This document shows, piece by piece, positions 27,524 through 32,000 of a DNA stretch of 32,000 nt (its first letter is position 1; every line of letters starts with the position of its first letter). The position numbers were made by a program, and so were the translations under genes. The stretch covers positions 37,863-69,862 of the forward strand of contig JBHLRO010000019.1 in the NCBI GenBank assembly GCA_048882505.1. The letters are read 5' to 3'. This DNA comes from Candidatus Thorarchaeota archaeon (GTDB taxonomy: Archaea > Asgardarchaeota > Heimdallarchaeia > Hodarchaeales > Hodarchaeaceae). A model generated the notes under the pieces. It worked only from the letters and a program-made list of their open reading frames with translations. It had not been told where the DNA came from and did no database searches.

Positions 27524-28093
27524 GTGGACAAATTTAGTGTTGAGAAAACGCCTATTCTTGATCTGCTGATCATTGAACCAAAAGTATTCGGAGACTACCG
27601 TGGTTTTTTCGTAGAGACCTATAATAAGAAACAATTTCTGGATCTAGGTATAAATGTTGATTTTATAGTTGACGGTCATTCAAAATCGAGAAAAGGAGTA
27701 TTAAGAGGATTACATTTCCAAGCAAAGCATCCACAAAGCAAAATAGTACGATCTGTTCAAGGAAAGGTATATGATGTTGCTGTTGATTTACGAAGAGGAT
27801 CTCCCACGTTTGGAAAGTATTTTGGATTGATTCTAAGTGAGGAGAACAAGAAAATGCTTTATATCCCGAATGGATTTGTTCATGGATTTTTGACTCTATC
27901 CAGCTACGCAGAAATACTTTATAAATTCACAGATTACCATTATCCCGAACATGATTCTGGAATTATCTGGAATGACCCCGACATTGGAATAGATTGGCCT
28001 TTTGCCGATTACAATATTCATAGGAAAATAGTCTCGGAAAAAGATCAAAAATTGCCAAAATTAAGCGAAATTGAAACCCCGTTTACATATTAG
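27524..28093 (+). CDS. rfbC: dTDP-4-dehydrorhamnose 3,5-epimerase
   Basis: FGDYRGFFVETY, SRKGVLRGLHFQ, DVAVDLRRGSPTFG, GFVHGF, WNDPDIGIDWP. GTG start. Confidence 0.96.
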   Translation: MDKFSVEKTPILDLLIIEPKVFGDYRGFFVETYNKKQFLDLGINVDFIVDGHSKSRKGVLRGLHFQAKHPQSKIVRSVQGKVYDVAVDLRRGSPTFGKYFGLILSEENKKMLYIPNGFVHGFLTLSSYAEILYKFTDYHYPEHDSGIIWNDPDIGIDWPFADYNIHRKIVSEKDQKLPKLSEIETPFTY

Positions 28094-28112
28094 CTTTATT
28101 TTTTGCTTTTTA

Positions 28113-29177
28113 TCAAAGTTTCATTTTATAGTGTCTCTCGTAAAACTCAAGATACTCACCCGATGTCACTTTTTCCACCCAGGAACGATTTTCAATATAC
28201 CAATCAATCGTTTTTTCTAATCCCTCTTCAAAAGACATCTGGGGTTCCCATCCAAGTTCGTTCTTTATTTTTCTTGAATCTATTGCATATCTTCTGTCAT
28301 GCCCGGGTCTGTCTTTTACGTGCTGAATTAAATCTTCAGTAATCCTCTCATCGCCCGTTTTTTCTCTTAATTTCTCAATAAGTATTCTTACAACAGATAA
28401 ATTTTCTATCTCATTGTTGCCGCCAATATTGTAAATCTCTCCATTTCGACCCTCTTCAAAAATCAAATCAATTGCGTTACAATGATCTTCAACATATAAC
28501 CAGTCTCTGATATATTTCCCATCGCCATAAATCGGCAAAGACTTCAAATTCAAGGCATTGTTGATCATCAAGGGAATCAACTTCTCTGGAAATTGATAAA
28601 ATCCATAATTATTCGTACATCTTGTGATATTCATCGGCATTTTAAAAGTATCAAAATATGCTTTCACAATTAGATCAGCAGAAGCCTTACTTGCTGAATA
28701 TGGACTACGTGGATCCAAAGGAGTTTTTTCAGTAAAGAAACCTGTCTTTCCAAGGGATCCATAAACTTCATCAGTAGAAATCTGAACATATTTCTTGTTA
28801 TCTAACCATCCCTCATTCCTGAACCAGAAATGTTTCGAAGTGTCCAATAAATTATGAGTTCCTAGGATATTTGTCTTTAAAAAAATCTGTGATTCATGGA
28901 TGGATCTATCAACGTGCGATTCTGCAGCAAAATTGATAACCCCATCAATTTCATATTTAGAAAAGATCTTTTCAATTAAAGTACGATCAATGATGTCTCC
29001 TTTAATAAATGTAAACCTCTTCTTTTGATGTTCTGACAATTTAGAAAGATTGTCAAGATTCCCCGCATATGTTAGTTTATCTATTCCGATTATTTCTCTA
29101 TCCTTGTGCTTTTCGAGATAATAGTATACAAAATTGCTTCCGATGAACCCTGCCACACCAGTTACGAGTAACTTCAT
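28113..29177 (-). CDS. rfbB: dTDP-glucose 4,6-dehydratase
   Basis: VTGVAGFIGSN, DKLTYAGN, NFAAESHVDRSI, STDEVYG, PYSASKAS, QFPEKLIP, RDWLYVEDH, DRPGHDRRYAID. Confidence 0.97.
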   Translation of the reverse strand: MKLLVTGVAGFIGSNFVYYYLEKHKDREIIGIDKLTYAGNLDNLSKLSEHQKKRFTFIKGDIIDRTLIEKIFSKYEIDGVINFAAESHVDRSIHESQIFLKTNILGTHNLLDTSKHFWFRNEGWLDNKKYVQISTDEVYGSLGKTGFFTEKTPLDPRSPYSASKASADLIVKAYFDTFKMPMNITRCTNNYGFYQFPEKLIPLMINNALNLKSLPIYGDGKYIRDWLYVEDHCNAIDLIFEEGRNGEIYNIGGNNEIENLSVVRILIEKLREKTGDERITEDLIQHVKDRPGHDRRYAIDSRKIKNELGWEPQMSFEEGLEKTIDWYIENRSWVEKVTSGEYLEFYERHYKMKL

Positions 29178-29192
29178 TTTTTTATCCCCAGC

Positions 29193-29236
29193 GATTGCTA
29201 CCCTTGAGGTTTAAACGAACGTTGAAGGATTGCTAC
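29193..29236. repeat. 9-bp direct repeat GATTGCTAC flanking a GTTTAAAC palindrome upstream of rfbB
   Basis: Copies at 29193-29201 and 29228-29236; GTTTAAAC at 29209-29216. Confidence 0.4.
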
Positions 29237-29292
29237 AAACTTGTAATTGGAACATGGGAAATTATCAGGTTTGCATACTCAAAACATTTCGA

Positions 29293-30162
29293 TCAGCCAT
29301 GCTCAGCGATGTCAATTAGATATTTACCATAGTCTGTTCCTGAAAGAGATTTTGCCAGGTTTAATAACTCTTGTCTGTTTATATAACCAAGGTGGAATGC
29401 AATCTCTTCCAAACATGCAATAAATAATCCTTGTCTTTTTTGTATTGCTTCCACAAAATTATTTGCTTCTAATAATCCATCATTTGTACCTGCATCCATC
29501 CAGGCCATACCCCTTCCCAATAATTCAACTTTAAGTTGTTTTTTCTTTAAATACACGATATTTACATCTGTTATCTCAAGTTCTCCTCGTTCAGAAGGTT
29601 CTAGATTTTTAGCAATATCGACCACTTGATTATCATAAAAATATAAGCCTGGAACCGCATAATTTGACTTAGGATTCTTTGGTTTTTCTTCTAAGGAGAC
29701 AACATTTCTATCGTCATCGAACTCAACCACCCCAAAGCTTCTTGGATCTTTTACATAGTATCCAAAGATTTTAGCTCCTGTTTCGAATGATGAAGCACGT
29801 CTTAGAATTTCTGTAAAACCTTGTCCATAAAATATATTGTCACCGAGTATCAGAGCCACCTTATCACCATTGATGAAATCCTCTCCCACTATGAACGCAT
29901 CTGCCAATCCTTTGGGTTCATCCTGTACTGCATAAGAAAATTCCATACCAAGATGACTGCCATCATTAAGAAGATCTTGAAATAACGTTAGATTTTGTTG
30001 AGTTGAGATTAAAAGTATTTCTTTAATACCTGTAAGCATTAACACGGATAAAGGATAGTATATCAGGGGTTTGTCGTAGATTGGAAGTAATTGCTTAGAT
30101 AGAACTTTTGTAATTGGATATAACCTTGTGCCTGAACCTCCAGCAAGAATTATTCCCTTCAC
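29293..30162 (-). CDS. rfbA: Glucose-1-phosphate thymidylyltransferase
   Basis: [64 protein letters not shown] start with AGGTG RBS. Confidence 0.97.
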   Translation of the reverse strand: MKGIILAGGSGTRLYPITKVLSKQLLPIYDKPLIYYPLSVLMLTGIKEILLISTQQNLTLFQDLLNDGSHLGMEFSYAVQDEPKGLADAFIVGEDFINGDKVALILGDNIFYGQGFTEILRRASSFETGAKIFGYYVKDPRSFGVVEFDDDRNVVSLEEKPKNPKSNYAVPGLYFYDNQVVDIAKNLEPSERGELEITDVNIVYLKKKQLKVELLGRGMAWMDAGTNDGLLEANNFVEAIQKRQGLFIACLEEIAFHLGYINRQELLNLAKSLSGTDYGKYLIDIAEHG

Positions 30163-30319
30163 TAAGAAACACCTTTAAGAAGAAAGACCTTCGTTAAAAT
30201 ATTAAAAAAATTTTGTCCTAGGATTTCTTTAATCACCATTCTTTTTTAACAAAAAAGTGAAATCCGGTATCAAGGAGCTAGTTATAAATTTGCTCAAAAA
30301 TTCTAAAGCTATTATTACA

Positions 30320-30343
30320 GGTTGTGTGGAGCACAGCACAACC
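30320..30343. other. Intergenic inverted repeat (GGTTGTG...CACAACC), possible RNA hairpin
   Basis: 7-bp perfect stem at 30320-30326/30337-30343, extendable with bulges, in the gap between the dehydrogenase and rfbA. Confidence 0.35.
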
Positions 30344-30446
30344 CTTTGTAGAAAAGCGCACGAGAAAAATTTAACTGGGTTATCTAAACTTCAATTTTAC
30401 TAATATTCATTTATCCGGGTGGCTTCAAACAAGATCCAAACTGGGT

Positions 30447-31817
30447 TCAGGATCTAAATTGACCGCGTCCTATAGACCGGAAAATAAAACCGTGTTTAAT
30501 AACCGCCTCAGGATCGAATGTTGTTCTTCCATCGATTAAAATCGGTTCCGAGTTCATTAACGATCTAATGTATGATAGATCCATATCTCTATACATCTGG
30601 TGTGCTGTCTCAATGATTAATGCATCGGAACCACGTATTACTTCTTCGAAGTTAGAGGAAAAAGAAAATTCGACACTCTTCGGCCTTACAAAAGGATCAT
30701 GGATACGATATTTGAAACCGTGTTCGTCTAGAACCTTTATCAGATCTCTAGTGGGAGTATTACGGGGATCATCAGAGTCCTCAATAAAAGCTACTCCTAA
30801 AACTGCAATTTGCATCTCAGAAGGTTTCTTTACTCCCCTTTGCTGATAGCAATCGATCAAAAGATTAACTACATGTCTGGGCATATTCATGTTCCTATTG
30901 CGGCTCGCTTCGATCACATCTAATTTGACTGGAGTCGTGCCATACTCGGTGACTCCATATTTCAACAACCATGGATCTTTTGGTAGACAATGACCGCCGA
31001 CCCCCGCTCCAGGGGTATGCATATTGCGGTGAGGATTTCCTTTCCCTTCAATAAATGGAAGATTATTCACCAATTTCCTAATTTCGTAGACATCTACCCC
31101 CAAGGATTCCGAAACTAATGCCATTTCATTAGCAAAAGCTACATTAACATCTCTGTAAGTATTTTCTACAACTTTAGCTAATTCTGCTGTTATCGCATTA
31201 GTTTTGATAATAGAGTTTTTTAAGACGTGTCGATAAAGTTGAGCTGCTCTTTCTGCACTTTCAGTATCAATGCCACCGACTATTCGGGGATAATGGAGAA
31301 TATTATAGATTAATCTCCCAACCATGACTCGTTCGTACGCATAGGATAAAAAAAATTCTTTTCCAGCTTGCAAACCGGATTTCTCTTCAATGATAGGTTT
31401 CACGATGAAATCCGTGGTACCCGGTGCACAAGTCGATTCAACAATGACTGTGGTCCCTTTAGAAAGATTCTCACCAACTTGTTTACTAACCTCTTTCAAG
31501 GAGACATAATCAGGAATATGGTTCTTGCCGGTTGGGGTTTGAACATCTATCAAGATATAATCCATTTTTTTTAGTATTGTAACATCATCTGTAACTGTAA
31601 AGGTTTTTTTCTTCGTAACAACCCTTGAAATCAATTCTGGAAGATCAGGTTCATTTTTAATGGGACATTTACCTTGATTAAGATAATCTATTTTCCATCC
31701 TGATCTTTTAGAACGTCTTTGAATTCCAGTAACCTGAAACAACCCTATATCAGCTAATAATGCTGCGATAGGAATTCCTACATAACCCATACCGATTACA
31801 GCTACATTAGATGCCAT
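30447..31817 (-). CDS. wecC: UDP-N-acetylhexosamine 6-dehydrogenase (WecC/WbpA-type nucleotide-sugar dehydrogenase)
   Basis: IGMGYVGIP, VQTP, EST..PGTT, ELAKVVENTYRDVNVAFANE, PGAGVGGHCLPKDP, LGVAF..DSDD.RNTP. Confidence 0.9.
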   Translation of the reverse strand: MASNVAVIGMGYVGIPIAALLADIGLFQVTGIQRRSKRSGWKIDYLNQGKCPIKNEPDLPELISRVVTKKKTFTVTDDVTILKKMDYILIDVQTPTGKNHIPDYVSLKEVSKQVGENLSKGTTVIVESTCAPGTTDFIVKPIIEEKSGLQAGKEFFLSYAYERVMVGRLIYNILHYPRIVGGIDTESAERAAQLYRHVLKNSIIKTNAITAELAKVVENTYRDVNVAFANEMALVSESLGVDVYEIRKLVNNLPFIEGKGNPHRNMHTPGAGVGGHCLPKDPWLLKYGVTEYGTTPVKLDVIEASRNRNMNMPRHVVNLLIDCYQQRGVKKPSEMQIAVLGVAFIEDSDDPRNTPTRDLIKVLDEHGFKYRIHDPFVRPKSVEFSFSSNFEEVIRGSDALIIETAHQMYRDMDLSYIRSLMNSEPILIDGRTTFDPEAVIKHGFIFRSIGRGQFRS

Positions 31818-32000
31818 TGTTATCGGTTCAAAGCGTTTTCCTCTAGAATTAATTAAAGCATTTAAAATCTGAATTGATTATTACCAGTTCAATATCCAAA
31901 CGATCAGCTGCTATCCCCTATGCAAACCATTGAATTGTGAGACAAGGGAAGACCAGATACCGCCCTCGATCTATTTGTAGGCTCAGCCAAGAAAACAGGA

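Noticed and set aside
28103-28342. 79-aa plus-strand ORF after rfbC
   Set aside because: Lies antisense within rfbB.
1-32000. CRISPR arrays, IS elements/integrases, rRNA and tRNA genes
   Set aside because: No regularly spaced repeats, transposase or integrase motifs, terminal inverted repeats or structural-RNA signatures were seen on manual reading.

Overview
This is an archaeal-looking window. It carries cofD, an MJ0144/TIGR00736-like TIM barrel, GGTGA/GGAGG ribosome-binding sites and TTTAAA-type TATA boxes. An Asgard-type host is my inference and is not shown directly. It has two parts. (1) Positions 1-7000 form a cofactor/redox neighbourhood: a helical hypothetical protein, a very divergent luciferase-like (SsuD/Mer-fold) protein, a NiCoT/UreH-like metal transporter, a SAM methyltransferase, a lipoate-protein ligase, cofD and a Dus-like flavoprotein. 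(2) Positions 7000-31800 form a large, mixed-orientation, more AT-rich surface-glycan island. It contains five glycosyltransferases, a Wzx-like flippase, complete dTDP-rhamnose genes (rfbABCD), CDP-glucose genes (rfbF/rfbG plus an SDR reductase), wecB and a UDP-HexNAc dehydrogenase. It also has an unusually rich set of tailoring enzymes: sulfotransferase, WbqC, PIG-L deacetylase, AsnB-type amidotransferase, NDP-hexose C-methyltransferase and a Zn-ribbon methyltransferase. The most notable direct observation is that four genes have apparently genuine N-terminal coding sequence upstream of any in-frame ATG/GTG/TTG, implying non-canonical starts, +1 frameshifts or assembly indels. In one of them the Dus-like gene continues in frame straight after the cofD TGA. 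I saw no rRNA, tRNA, CRISPR array or transposase.
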